NCBI RefSeq assembly: GCF_964204645.1
Contig: NC_134033.1
Location: forward strand, 15,260,655 to 15,324,654
Reading direction: 5' to 3'
DNA: 64,000 bases
From: Tubulanus polymorphus
Taxonomy: Eukaryota; Animalia; Nemertea
The notes under the pieces are model-generated. The model searched no databases. It was not told where the DNA came from and saw only the letters and a program-made list of their open reading frames with translations. The translations under genes were made by a program, and so were the position numbers. Below are positions 25,308 through 38,959 of the stretch, piece by piece. Positions within the stretch are counted from its first letter, which is position 1. Each line of letters opens with the position of its first letter.

Positions 25308-26744
25308 GGTTCGGGTCTTATTTGCCTCAGAATCCAGTTCTACAATTGCTATAGAACAACTGGGCCCATAATAAGATGTATAATTGATCACACAACAGCA
25401 AACTGGATTTAAACTTGACAGAATTCAGGTAGAAATTAAACTATCTCGAGACTGATGATGAATTTTTGAATAATTTATCACATATCGGACATTATCTAAA
25501 ACTAATCATTATCCAACTGTTTCTAAAACCGGGTATTAGTTTACAAACAGCGCCTATTGTGCAACGTATCGAAAGCGTTGTCCATTATTCAAACGTGATA
25601 ATATCTATTGCACCATGACCGATAACGCGCAACAATGCGTTGAATTATCCGTTTGTCTTCGTATGTGTGCAGATACGCGGCTTAGTGGGTGGTTTACCGG
25701 GTCGATAATATCGATCGAACGATTTTATGAAATGAAATGAACAATATCTATAGATTCATAATGTAGATACATAAAGAGTATTGAGAATTTGTTGCTGATG
25801 TGTTTAGAACTAATAAAAATTGAATGAAATATCATCGGGACGTTTACGTCGTTATGGTGTTCATTGTTGGGGCGCGCGTGCGTGAAAAATCGATAAATAT
25901 ACAAAATGGCCGAACTTTAATAGCATCGATCCCCAAACTCAGCGTGAAGGCACAACAGCGATATTTAATTAAACCATATGGCCGATAGAATACGATTTTG
26001 TGCGCCTTAAAATGGTTATCGATGCCGTGGGGTTTAGGTATATAGGTAACTATAATAAGTGATGTATACAAAGTTATACCCGCTGGGATTTGAAATGGAT
26101 TTCGTATCTCCTGTTCATAGAAATAACCGGTTTGTCCGCTTAACCGATGAACCGGGTAACAATGGGCTAATCAAGCCGTCAAAGGTAGTGATAATATCTT
26201 AGATATCCTGAAAGTATCGTTTGTGCAAAAAGACCGTTTAGTACTGAAGACGATATGAAAGAAATCAAGAACTCAGATATAAAAATTGTCGGAAATATTT
26301 CCTAGAGCAGTTTATTCAACGTCATTTATTCGACCTGGAATACATTTGTTCGAAATCGCCATTTTTTCCGGAGTACATGAAATACGGCCTGGAGCCGCGA
26401 AATCTATTCGCACCCGTATTCGGTCTGACGAATACTAGATGCCAACAATTAATGTCGTTAATTTAAATGTATTTATCTTAACGTCTCGTTTTGTATGCAA
26501 ATCATAAGTATCGACGACGGCTGTGCAGGTCCCGAGGCGATCGTTAGCTGGGAATTTCCCAGAACACTCGTCTCTCCAAAGTTAACAACAGTCGTTGAAA
26601 ATACCGCCCGGATAAAATTGTCTTGTATTACTGCGTCTTGTTTCAAGGGATTTTCGTCTCTTTTTAACTTTTGCAAGAAGACAAGATAAATTGAATTGAA
26701 GTTTGGATGTCTAGATTGTTATTCCTTTTTGCTTTGATATTCAG

Positions 26745-26935
26745 GATCCAGTTCACTGAAGTTATTTGACTCAGACTCATTGGAAATGAACTCAGAGTTA
26801 ACTCTAACTCACAATTATGGAACTGTTCTGTCCATGTTACAAATGAGTTAAGATCTCTTAAACTCTTGAGTCATATCTTACCAATCGAGAACGTTGGAAC
26901 TGGTTCCTGGATCCAGTTTCGAAGTTGTGAGTCAA
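26745..26935. mobile_element. MITE family B degenerate copies
   Basis: GGATCCAGTTC...CAGAGTTAACTCTAACTCACAATTATGGAACTG. Confidence 0.65.
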
Positions 26936-27282
26936 GTGCGCGATCACAGGAGCGTTTTTGGCCCGTGCCAAACTTGGCCAGAAACAACTGTTCACACGGG
27001 TGCCAAATGGGCCCGCGTCTGTCTGGCCCGAGCCAAACGTTACCCGACTAGAAGAGTCAGACCAGGGCCGAGCCAAATTTTAGCACGGGTCAAATTAATG
27101 CTTTTGAATTGCAACTGATTCTGGAAATCATGACTCACTTCGCTTTGCTTAAGCATTGTTTAGTATCAAGTGAAAGGTTTACGTATGAGTGCGCCCTCTA
27201 ATTAGGGAATGGACCAAATTTCACCCGAGCCTGATCCGTGCCAATTCGGCACGGGCCAAATCGTCTCCGTGTGATCGCGGAT
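26935..27282. mobile_element. MITE with ~30 bp TIRs nested in a family B remnant
   Basis: CGCGATCACAGGAGCGTTTTTGGCCCGTGCC versus GGCACGGGCCAAATCGTCTCCGTGTGATCGCG, with internal (GG)CCCGWGCCAAA subrepeats. Confidence 0.75.
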
Positions 27283-27904
27283 TAAGTCAAGAATCATATC
27301 GATGTCTGTGGTACGTCATATTATAAGGCGCCTCTTGATTCTATAAATCTTAATCGTCGTTAATTGTGTCTACCATAAAACGTCAGCTCTACCGTTATTA
27401 GTGACTCTTGTATTTAGTAAAATCATCAGGCGTGAATTTAAACGCATTTTTACTCATCTGCCCTCGTCGCCGAATAGTCGTATCGCGCCGAATCCCTCCG
27501 CGTTTCGGGCTATCGATAAACAAAAAAAAACGGTTCGATATATAAATATGGAAACAAACGCCGATAGTAAAACGCAGTGTAAAGAGACACACGTGCGCTA
27601 ATGACTGGTAGTCATTGTTCGTCCCCAGATAACAATTCATTCAGTAAATACGAATAGTTCTACTGATGACAAGGGTCGCATGAAAGATGCGCATGATGTA
27701 ATTTGAGTCTCCTTTCGGCTGCTAGCAATGCTGCTTATGCTGCTGCTGCTGCTACTAGTGATGCTGCTGATGCTGCTGCTGCTGTTTTATCTTCTATTTA
27801 ATTAATTAGACAACAGTGTCGAAACCCTTTGAGAGATCATCACAACTTGACGCTTTTTAGCAGAGCACGTGTTCAAAAACTATCATTTGACTTTTACAAT
27901 TAGT

Positions 27905-28570
27905 ACCTTTGTACAATACCATGGTACATGGTACATGGTACATGGGCCAATGTACAATACCATGGTACATGGGTCAATGTACAATAACATGGTACATGGT
28001 ACATGGGTCAATGTACAATACCATGGTACATGGTACATGGGTCAATGTACAATACCATGGTACATGGGTCAATGTACAATACCATGGTACATGGGTCAAT
28101 GTACAATACCAAGGTACATGGTACATGGGTCAATTTACAATACCATGGTACATGGGTCAATGTACAATAACATGGTACATGAACCAGGTGACCAGTGTAC
28201 AATACCATGGTGCATAGTACATGGTCAATGTACAATCATGGTACATGCGCCAGTTGACCAATGTCATCTATACCATGGGTCAGTGTTCAATGTACAATAC
28301 CATGGTACATGCGCCAGTTGACCAATGTCATCTATACCATGGGTCAGTGTTCAATGTACAATACCATGGTACATGCGCCAGTTGACCAATGTCATCTATA
28401 CAATGGGTCAGTGTTCAATGTACAATACCATGGTACATGCGCCAGTTGACCAATCCCATCTACCATGGGTCAGTGTTCAATGTACAATACCATGGTACAT
28501 GAGCCAGTTGACCAATGTACAATGGTACATGTGCAGTTGAAAATACCATACAATACCACATGGTACAGGT
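27905..28570. repeat. Compound minisatellite (27/35 bp, then 63 bp units)
   Basis: TGTACAATACCATGGTACATGGGTCAA units, followed by longer units with GCGCCAGTTGACCAATGTCATCTA. Confidence 0.95.
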
Positions 28571-30639
28571 ACCTATTCGACCAGATTGTTAGTGATTTAG
28601 ATTGACTTAGAGCAAGTATAGACCGGGAGCCTGTTACTCAAAAACCTGTTAAAGATGACCGACGGATAACCGATTGTAAAGATGAATTTTTAGTCGTCAC
28701 AATACGTATATGTCAACTTTTCACTGGTTACTCCAACAACCTTCGAACAACCACTGTAGCCACAGTTAGTCCACATTTTAGTCCACAGTTTCGGCATGGA
28801 CTATAAAACTAATTAATAATTGAATTGATATAACGGTGGTTTTTGTTTTAATAACCCCTATTACAGTTACAGAAATCATTTATTCATTTTTTTAATTCAT
28901 TGTTCAGAACTTGACGCGGAACCAGTAAAGCCTCGTCACACAGTTTAAATAGTATTGCTATAAACAAGCAAAGTATATAGAAAATGCGCAGCTGAATAAC
29001 TTGTATAGAAGTTGAAATAATAGAATATCAAATAATGCCGCATAGAATTCACTCTCACTTCACAGCGATTCTCACAATGTTGATTTTACTTTCATTTCGT
29101 GTAATCAGATACCCATCGGGTTTTTTTTTTTCTATATACAGTACACAGGACTGCATTTATTTACCCGATATTTCACGTGTGTTTTGAGAGCGACGGAGCT
29201 TTTAACTGTTCACAAACCCGCTTGTATATTGAAGTGGGCGATATATTTTAAATATCTACAAAAGCTCCACTTACGCGATGAATGTGCACTTAGCAGTCCG
29301 CCGTGGTTAAGACCTTTCCGACAAAACCAAACTCAACAACGTGTCACCAATTTCCCGATAAAAAAGAGTCCGCATTGCCGTTCAGAAATTCGAATATTCA
29401 AACGAAACGGTCGCCATTGTCGTTCCGACGGTTGGCCATTGTTGCCGCGCGCGCGCTGGCGATCGATAATATAACTTATTTCGAGTAGCTACGAATAATT
29501 AGCGGTAATATTTAGTAAAACAAATGTTTTCAATTACGCCAATACACCGGTAAAACTGTCTTTATCAATTATTAACGTAGCTTCCTGCATTCGAGTGGCG
29601 ACGCTTGAAAGATGTCCAATATTCGCGATTCTTTAAGCGTTTGAAATTTTAATGGTTTGAAAACCGACGAAACGTTCGGAAACTCGGGTTAAATTGTCTA
29701 CTAGAACAACGAGTTCAATAGTGCTTTATAGACGTACAATGGGGGGCTTTTTAGTGGTTTTTTCATAAATGAGCAATTGCTCGATAAACACGAGTACCGC
29801 CGCCGCGGCGTTCACTGTATATTATACACCTTGTAATATCATGTACCGGGACAATTTATTCTGGCGTCGCGTCTAAAAGCGTACGAACTTCCCGAGAATA
29901 TGACAACACAGTGAATTATACCGGGAACTTATATATACCGGTTGGTAATTGATATCCGAACCTGTATAGAGGGAGGGGGAAGGGGTGAGGGGGTGAGGGG
30001 GGTACTAAATTGACTGGTTTTCAAGTTAGAAAACGTTAGAACAATCGAGTTTATTTGAAAATGATTCGTTACGCTCTTTTGCGAGTTAATCGTATGCAAA
30101 TGATATGCATATTTTGGCAAGGTGGACAAAAAAGGCTCCGAAGAAGTCTTTGATTTAGCGAAAGGAAACCGTTTTTTCTCCCAACTTTAGAAGTAGTTCA
30201 ATATCGAATCTATTTGAAAATGCGTAACGTTTTTTACGAGTTAATCATATGCAAATGATATGCACATTTTTGGATAACTTTCCAAATAAGGCTTTAAATC
30301 TCAGAACTATCGTAAGGGACCGTTTTTCTCTAAATGTCGAAATAGATAAGCCCTCCAGTAAGCTGTACGCTGCTACCATCTGGCGACTGGTATTAGAACG
30401 ATTCCACAATCCATCTGTGATTATTAAACTCTCCCTGGTTTCTCTGTCATTACTAACCAAAAACGAAAATAACAAAAATGTAAATAAATTCCAAACAACT
30501 CTCCGAACACACGATCTCACCTGACTCGAAAACAGTATCGGTTACTAACAATATTTACAGATATCGTTAATAACCCCCACGTGCCGGCGTCGGCTTCTGT
30601 TTGACAATCACACAAACGCACGCACGCTGGTTGCGTTCA

Positions 30640-30835
30640 TCGAAATGGGCGTGGCTTCGTACACAGCCGTATTGTAAACGTAATAAAGCCGTCCATACAC
30701 AGACGAACAGTGACAACAAACGACCGGTGATTGGTGAATATTGTCAACACGTTCGTTCACAGACGCCTACCCCGCCGATATTGTATACATAAAACACACG
30801 TGCGTGAGAAATCAGTCTCCAATCAGTTCAGTTTC
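30640..30835 (+). promoter_or_regulatory. Putative SoxB2 core promoter
   Basis: GC/KLF box GGGCGTGGC (~30647), reverse CCAAT (~30730), TATACATAAAA (30784-30794) about 30 nt upstream of TCAGTC (30812), and two further TCAGTT initiator-like motifs. No ATG occurs between these and 30917. Confidence 0.55.
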
Positions 30836-30916
30836 GTAACGCAGATCAGATCGTCAGGATATTTCTCTCGCCTGCTATTTGTGTGTGGAATTTCGTGTAT
30901 ATTCGCTTATAGAAAG

Positions 30917-31801
30917 ATGTCGACGCCGACGCCTCCGATATCGATGTCTTCACCTCCCGGAATGAGCGCCGTTGTCGGCGGCCCGAAAAGTATCAGCCCG
31001 TCGGGCGTTATGGGCAACGTTTCCGCAGCCGCTGCTGCCGGTAGCGACCACGTAAAACGCCCTATGAACGCGTTCATGGTCTGGTCGCGCGGGCAACGAC
31101 GTAAAATGGCTCAGGAAAATCCGAAAATGCACAATTCGGAAATCAGCAAACGTCTGGGCGCCGAATGGAAACTGTTGTCCGAAGAGGAGAAACGTCCGTT
31201 CATCGACGAAGCGAAACGGCTACGCGCGCTTCATATGAAGGAACATCCCGACTACAAATACCGACCGCGACGTAAACCGAAAAATCTACTGAAAAAAGAC
31301 AAATACGCGTTTCCGATACCGGTATTTCCCGGTATGGGCGGCATGCCCGGAATGGCGCCCGGACTTGGTTTAGGAGCGTTCCCGCCGCTATCAGCCGCCT
31401 CGGCGTTGGACAGTTACACATCTATGACGGAGAAGGCCCGAGCCGCATTTTTGCCTCCGTCGACGCATTCGCTATACCCTCATTTATCGGATGCTACCAA
31501 CAAACTTGGCGAATCACAATTTCGACCATCGGATATACCGACTAGTTTATACAGTAACATGTACAGTTCGTCAGCGGCGGCAATGAGCGCTCTGAGCGCT
31601 AGTATGGCGGCCAGCGCCAGCCTACCACCGTCCGCCCATAACCCTACAGGACTACCGGGACAGTATTTGGTACCGTGTTGCCCGCCGGGCGCGTACATGC
31701 CCTCGGCGGCCATGTCGGCGGCGGCCCAGGACTTACATCGTCCGTTAACGTACGTGTTAGTGAAACCGGAGGATCATTACCGGCATCATTCCAGTCTATA
31801 G
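30917..31801 (+). CDS. SoxB2: SoxB2 HMG-box transcription factor (Sox21/Sox14-like), intronless, 294 aa
   Basis: HMG box [42 protein letters not shown]...YRPRRKPK starting at 31046. It is followed by the B2-type KKDKYAFP, and a C-terminal RPLTYVLV resembling the Sox14/21 P(L/V)AYIL motif. The first ATG is in AAGATG context. Confidence 0.95.
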   Translation: MSTPTPPISMSSPPGMSAVVGGPKSISPSGVMGNVSAAAAAGSDHVKRPMNAFMVWSRGQRRKMAQENPKMHNSEISKRLGAEWKLLSEEEKRPFIDEAKRLRALHMKEHPDYKYRPRRKPKNLLKKDKYAFPIPVFPGMGGMPGMAPGLGLGAFPPLSAASALDSYTSMTEKARAAFLPPSTHSLYPHLSDATNKLGESQFRPSDIPTSLYSNMYSSSAAAMSALSASMAASASLPPSAHNPTGLPGQYLVPCCPPGAYMPSAAMSAAAQDLHRPLTYVLVKPEDHYRHHSSL

Positions 31802-32148
31802 AGCACGGGTTCGAGGCATACTTTGTTTTACTGTAAATAGACCGTTCTTTAAAGAGAAAAGTATGAATATTTTTGTTACCGCGATTAAGATTCAGTGTAC
31901 GTAGTTTATCATCAATTTTGTGATTTTGTGTGGTGGTGATTTCCGAGCGAGTGAAGCGAAAAAAATCATTCAGATTAAAAAAACAAATAAACAAAACTAT
32001 TTCAGGTTGAGCGAATGGACATGACGTGCGCGCATTATGTTTGACTTCGGACAATCGAGTATCGGTGACATCTGCAGCCGATGGGACGAGTTTGCGTCGC
32101 ACGCGTCCGTTTAAAAATATGCGACAAGTCTCAATTATCGACGTGCTT

Positions 32149-32410
32149 CATTGTTCTCATCATAATCGAGACAATGACTGCGAATGACGACAGATCGGTC
32201 AACAATGCCGGGGAAACAATAGCAGCGCGCGCCTGTTGAATACGCGGGTCAACAATGCATCGACGTTTGAACTTATCGACTGGAAACATTTCAACAATGC
32301 GAAAACGCTGTAATTCTAATTACGACAAACAATTCGGGTTTTAAACGTTTTCGACGACGACGAACGCCAACAACGAAGTCCGTTATGCGTCCCGTAGATC
32401 GCAACAATAG
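32149..32410. promoter_or_regulatory. Sox-binding-site cluster
   Basis: Eight (A/G)ACAAT motifs in about 260 bp, just 3' of the CDS. Confidence 0.5.
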
Positions 32411-32719
32411 GTCGTCAAGGTAATGGTTGATATGGGGGTTAATTGTTGTAATTATGATCGTGCTGATTGGTTTAAATTGATTGTGTTCATCGTATCGTCA
32501 CAGCAGGTTTGTTTGAGGGATTAAAGAACTGACTATATTGTTTAAACAACCTAAGCTAATATACATAATACGTTACATTCTAACGGGTTCATTTTTAAAA
32601 TTCTGTACGAGGCTTTTTTATAGCAGAATCAGCACTTGAAATATCGACTCGGCGAACCAATTATTTGCTAACTAGATTAATATAGAATGATTGTGTGAGT
32701 TTTATTTCATTCTGAATAT

Positions 32720-32997
32720 AGTTCCACAGTTGTGTGGACTGTATTTGACTCTGAACTCAGTTCCACAGTTGCGTGGGTTTAATTTGACTCGGGACACAGT
32801 TCCACAGTTGCCTGGGGTTCGATTTGACTCTGGATCCAGTTCTACAGTTGTGTGGGTTTAGTTTGACTATGGACACAGTTCCACAGTTGCCTGGGGTTCG
32901 ATTTGACTCTGGATCCAGTTCTACAGTTGTGTGGGTTTAGTTTGACTATGGACACAGTTCCACAGTTGTGTGGGGTTCGATTTGACTCTGGATCCAT
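32720..32997. repeat. 42 bp tandem repeat (family B terminus), reverse of the 12826 array
   Basis: CAGTTCCACAGTTG...GGGTTYRATTTGACTCTGGA, about 7 copies, with an alternating dimer pattern. Confidence 0.9.
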
Positions 32998-35900
32998 TTC
33001 TATAAATAGTTCCAACCGTTCAGTTATTTCTGTCTGCATGAAAAATAATTAAATCGCTTTATTTGAGCGCAGAGTAAATTTGATTGAGTACCAGTACAAC
33101 TGTCTGTTTGGTGTTACTGGATCCTAAAAACTAAATTCTCAGTTTTATATCATTTCTATCATGTTGATTCTATTTTCAAATCAAGTTCTCCAACAAAAAA
33201 CAAAAGTGTTACGAATTCAGAAACAATTCAGAAACATCGAATAACTATGATATATTTGCCTGACGATAAAGTACGCGGCTAGGGTTTAAAAGGGTCAGAC
33301 ACATACAGCAAGTTACTCATTCAACGCGCTTACAAAATGAAATTCTCAAGTACGTGTATATCATTATTCTAAAAGGCAACTTGATGATGCCAAATATGAT
33401 GTCGACAAAAACCTCTTTGTCCCTAGCTATCAAACACCTGGATCCTATTCAGTATAATACTATATAAAGTATTTGTTATTTACCCTTAGATACAGATACA
33501 GTTCATTGTGATAGTTCTAGGGGATGGTGGAGCGGGCACTACTATGTTTGTAAAGAAGTATCGGCCAGTATGGGCGTTCATTCAGACATTCGTTTTAAAC
33601 TGTTCTCAAATAGTGTTATCAATTGTTTGCGCAGTTGGATTTGAAAGAAACGCATTTTAACTTCCTTTGACTCAGTTGAACGGGGTTAAACAAGGCGGCT
33701 GTATAAACCTATTGTTGTTTTATTTTGCTAAATAGATTTCCCCATTCTTTTGGTTATCACCTTATCGGCCGGTTATTTTAAAGATACCATCTTACAATGG
33801 GATTGAGAATTAGGTTGGCTCCGGGCATTAACCCTTTCCCCTCTGCAAGCGTACTTCCTCATCAGTGAAATATATGAAATATCTAACGATGACCGACGAA
33901 ATTGTATCAAATCAAAGACTTTTAGAATCCATGATTAAAACAATGATTTCCTCAAAGCCTTCGATACCAAATGATAAAATCAATGATTTTCCGATAGCCT
34001 TTGATAATCTGTAAGTGTTCGCTAGATTCTTCAATCAATTTTTCGCCTCACCTGTAATTTTACGATTCCAAGATCAAATGACGATGAAACCTTATTTTCT
34101 TTTCACTTTTTCACATTTCTTGATTATGAGTAGAAAAAAAGAAAAAATTGTTTCAAAAACTACGTAATTATTTTTTTACACTTATTATTGTCGAAAAAAT
34201 TAATGTGCTTTGTTCCAATTATGAATGTAATTAGTTGACGATTATTTAAATTATAACTATAAATTGATCATAATTATAATGATAAAATAGTTATGATTAG
34301 AATAACAATTCTGATTATTTTTATAATTATTATTATCATTATGACTATTAATTAGTCAGAAACGTTGACACGAATTCACCTGATGAATTTGAGTAATTAT
34401 AATTTTTGTGCCAATTTTTAGTTTTAGAATACTTTAATGATTAATTAAAAGTTTATATATTTAAGTATATTAATTAAGTAAATTCGATTATTCGTAAATA
34501 AATTAAAAGAAAAAAAATGTATCGATAGTGTATAGGGGCCTATAATATAGATATGTATAGTTAGAATTTGGATCATTGACTGGTGCCGCCATTTTGAGCT
34601 GCAACAATGTAATTAGTTTAGACTGGTCTCCACAGCTGCGAGACCAAACGTTTATTGTTTCACACTTATAGTCTGTGCTATCATCATATTTTTTTCAATT
34701 GAACACAAATATCATATTTTCGAATTCATACAATGTAACGGTTGTTATGAACTAATCGATTATGTAATTCAAATACGTTAAGTGTTATTGGATTTGAATT
34801 TCAAACGTAACGGAAAATAATCGATTCCGTAACTGAATTTGACAACAGAAATTGCAATGAATTTCTGCACTATCAGACGAGTCTACCTACGGGAAGTAAT
34901 TAACGATTTAACTCATTGATTAATTGATATTTGTATAATTAATATGTATAGTAATCTAGAATGTACTTCGACTTGAACAACGACCTCTGTTGTCTGATGA
35001 ACGAATTTACAGATTTGTTTCTTTTTTTAAATGTAACAGATATCGCTATTGTTGAAAAAATTAATTTGTCGTTTTTCAAGAAAAGAATAATGAATAATTT
35101 CAAAACATATTTTTAACTCTTCTCGAATGTTCTTTTTGTGCATATTTTCTGCCGCGAGATGGCTGTCGCCATGTTGACTTATGACACGGAGAGACTTTTA
35201 ATTCTGTGTAACACGAGACTGGCCAACAGTGGACTTCATCAGCAACTCAGAATTAAGGTTCGAGTCCCACACCATCCTCGATTTTACCCTGCCTCATTTT
35301 ATCCTGAAAAGACCCAGAAGCCAAACCAAATCTGAAACTGTGCTCTGATTCCTTGTTAATCTATCACATTCTACGATTACCTACTACCTTGTCGAGGATC
35401 ACCCGGTGATAGTTCTAAGTTGTACCCTGGCATGTGAGGAGTTTCGAGCCACTGGACTCCATGAGAATTTCAAGGAGTTGTACCCGGCAGGTAAGTATAA
35501 GTGAGGAAATGTACAAAACCGTTTTAGACAAGAGAAATGGGGTACCAGCGGTGCTCACCAGATGGCGCAACAATACACTGACTAATTCGTAATGAAAATC
35601 ATTTTCAATGAAATTTGAACTTGATTTTTTGACATCTAGAACAAGTCACAGAATAGATAGATATAACCGAAAATTGAATATGCTTTACAAGTACAATGAA
35701 TGTAGAGTGTTGAAAAATGGAAACAAATATAGCCGCAAAGCAGCGATGATGGGTTTTCTGCCCAAATGAATTTGTGAAAAAGGTTTTCAACTGAAACAAT
35801 GGGCTACTGTGAGAAGCGAGGGTTATCTGATGATCCACCAGGTGTCGCTAGTGTTACTCAGTTATTGAATTTCTTCTACATCTCAGTTGAACTCAAATCA

Positions 35901-37327
35901 ATTTTTCTCATAAGTGGAATCATAAACTGTAGTAGAGAAAGTGATTATTATATCTATCTGACTTGTTTGGCTAAAACCTAAAAACGAAAATTTTACCATA
36001 GGTAAAATAAACTTCTTATGTCATATAAAGCTGCTTTGCGGCTATATTAAAAACCAAGTATTTTTCTACTGCTGTCTAGAAAGCTATTTTTACAGAATCA
36101 TTTGGGCAGAAAGCCCGTTATCGATGATTTGCAGCTATACTATAAAACCAGAACCATTTGTCAACTGCTCACTAAAATGATGTTTTTTCAACAGAATCGT
36201 TTATGCAGAAAACCCGTTATCGCTGATTTGTGGCTTTATTTTCTCCATTCTCTTTCAAGATTTCTCATTGATTGTTCTTGTAGAAATACGTTTCTCAGCC
36301 GAAACAAAAAAAAAGGAAATTTGACAATCTTTAAAACCAGTGTTTTTCAACTACCCAATAAAGGAACTACTACTTTTATATCTATTGTATTTTGCCCCCT
36401 GTGCGCGCATAGTTTATGACACACAAAATCTGCCATTTTGCCTCTTAACAGTTCGACGCCATTGTGAATTACTAAAGTGATAATTCATCGCTGAAAAGAC
36501 TGTATTATTACTACCTTTTTCTCGGTCAAAGTATATCGCACAAAGGTCGAGATATACTATCATTGGGAAGAAGCTTTATAACAGGTTTTCACGTATATGA
36601 AGGAATATTATTCTTTAATACTTCACTCTTCGACAAAAGGGCATTGAATAAAATATGCCATTTCGTTCATTTGTATATGATTAACCCGAACGTATTGCGA
36701 AAAATAGGAGCATTCCGCAAATTTCTCAACGCAAATTGTTTAAATTGCCCAGTTTTCATAGAATAGTTTCGTCAAAGCAGCGTATATACAATACGGATCG
36801 ATGAAGTGAAAATTGAACTGGAGACCACATTTAACACGAGCCTTTACCTAAAAAATCCTTTTATATTCAAAACGATATTTCTGGTTATAAGTTAATTTAC
36901 GTATTGTAAAGTACATGTTACCACTACACAGCTTGTTTTAAGTGGAGTCGTATTCAAACTGGTTGGCGAACGAATCTCACACCTGTCGGATGACTATATC
37001 CGGCATAACGACACAACCGTAATTATTTCTAATAGACTCCCGGTGTTGATTATATTATTTCGGGAAATAATTGATTGAATTTAAAAAGTTTATTTGAAAA
37101 CTTAAAAGTACTCCATAACCAGCTTGTTTTAAAATGGAATTATATATATTGAAACTTTTGCACACTATTTTCAAGGTATTTGCATACACTCCTTTTTGCA
37201 TAAACGATTATTTCCTGATTAACTCATTTTTTAAGAATCTAGTTTTTATTCGATTTTAACCTTAATTGAAAAAATAAACAATTGTACATTTAATAAAGAA
37301 AAAAAAAACAGGACATTTAACAACCAG

Positions 37328-37435
37328 GACCCAGTTCCACAGTTGTGAGTGAGAGTTAACTCCGAGTTAAAATTAGTTCTTTTTCAATGAGTTAACTCGG
37401 AGCCAAATCTTAACACAGAACTGTGGAACTGGACC
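37328..37435. mobile_element. PIF/Harbinger-type MITE family B (reverse orientation)
   Basis: GACCCAGTTCCACAGTT ... AACTGTGGAACTGGACC; full-length similarity to 18239-18346. Confidence 0.85.
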
Positions 37436-38959
37436 CTTATCTTTAATATTGTGGGTTTTTTATATTCATCCATAGATTCATTGAATCATTCTCTTATACA
37501 TTTAAGAATCCGCAGATTCCCTGAATAATCCTCTTGTGGATTCAGGGATCCATAGATTCTCAGGGTCCTGGGAAACTTGGATAAAACCTGGTAAGATTTA
37601 TTCGCGTAATTCATAAAAATTTGTTTTGCAAATTACCTAATGCAAAATAGTATGTAGAAAATTTGTTCATAAAAAAAACCGAATACGTCAGGAATACATG
37701 CAGTAACCTTACTCGGCTTCGGGGAGTTTCGAAATCGGTCTTAACTCAAACGCTTTAAGAATTTTCTCCATTGAAACGACCAAAAGATCTAAAACTTGCG
37801 AAATAATAAAATAATGTATATATAAATATATATATAATGATATATATTATCATTATTGTATACCGCGGCGCGTTAGGCGTCATGAATGTCTATTCTCAAG
37901 AGCGGGCAACGCCGAATTCAATACACTTTACTCAGCGGTGCGCATTGTACGAAAACAATACCGACACAATACCAACAATACGTTTTATACGCGCTGCGTC
38001 ATTCTTCTCGGTTTGTTTTGTAAAGTAGCAATGATATTAATTATGATAGTCTAACAATGCGACTAGCTCATCAAGTCTACGTTGAATCAACGGACGATCA
38101 AACGTTACAATAGATTTCGCTACTCGATTTTGTCCGGCGACAAAAGCCCGGTAATAATCCATTATTGCGTCGACAATGCGACCGACAATGCGCCGGTATT
38201 CAAGCGGTTTCGAATCCCAGCGAGAAACGCGTTTAGAGGCCGCGCATTATGTGTTCGTTATCAAAGCTTCCAAACAGCCCGGCATTGAAGAAGTTATTTA
38301 GCCATTGTCGACGCACAATGCTCATTCAACAAAACCGGCTTTGACGTCAATTCCATAAACAACAGGCGAAATTCTTTGAAGCTTTTTCAGGGTTTAACAA
38401 TTCGACACAATTGCGCCTTGAATAAATATTTTTGGCAGTGATATGCCATAAGCGGGTGTTTGCATGAAAAAGGATCGGTGACCATTCAACGACATGAATA
38501 GAATTTAGGGTATTTTTGACAGGCTATCTATCAGGAATTTGTTCCATCCATTGTCGCCATTGTTATAGCGTATTGTTCGTTGTTGCCGTACTTGACAGAA
38601 TTCCAACCGCCCGTATTGTTGGGCCAATTCAAAAGGTAGCTTCTCTTTATTCTAGAACATGTTTCTTTCTCGCTTTTTTCTATATCTAAATGGAAACACG
38701 TACGTGCACCGACACAACATAAAAAAGCCGCCATTGTTACCGAGAGCACTTAGAAAGAAACCTTGAAAGTAATAGATACGTTTTGGAGAACAACAATGCA
38801 CATTCAACTTCAATGTTGTTTTGTGTTTGATATATAATCATGGAGTCTAAAACGATTTTAGATTTTTTCGTTTTGAAATCCATGATTTTTAATGTATATT
38901 GGAGTAAGTTCCAGTCCCAGTCCAAATAGTCCCAGACCCAGTCCAGTCCAGTCCCGTGT

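Noticed and set aside
24620-25412. Periodic 212/244/122 aa ORFs, or a CRISPR-like array
   Set aside because: A head-to-tail 30 bp satellite with no unique spacers, in a eukaryotic context with no cas genes.
27663-27690. Other CTGATGA/CTGAAGA words (also ~24594, 25452, 33858, 34380, 35827)
   Set aside because: No stem II followed by GAAA and no closing stem I.
27869-28540. H/G/M-rich repeat ORFs
   Set aside because: Translations of the minisatellite.
30731-30916. 62 aa N-terminal extension of the Sox ORF in the track
   Set aside because: It starts at a non-ATG codon and overlaps the putative core promoter. The first ATG is at 30917.
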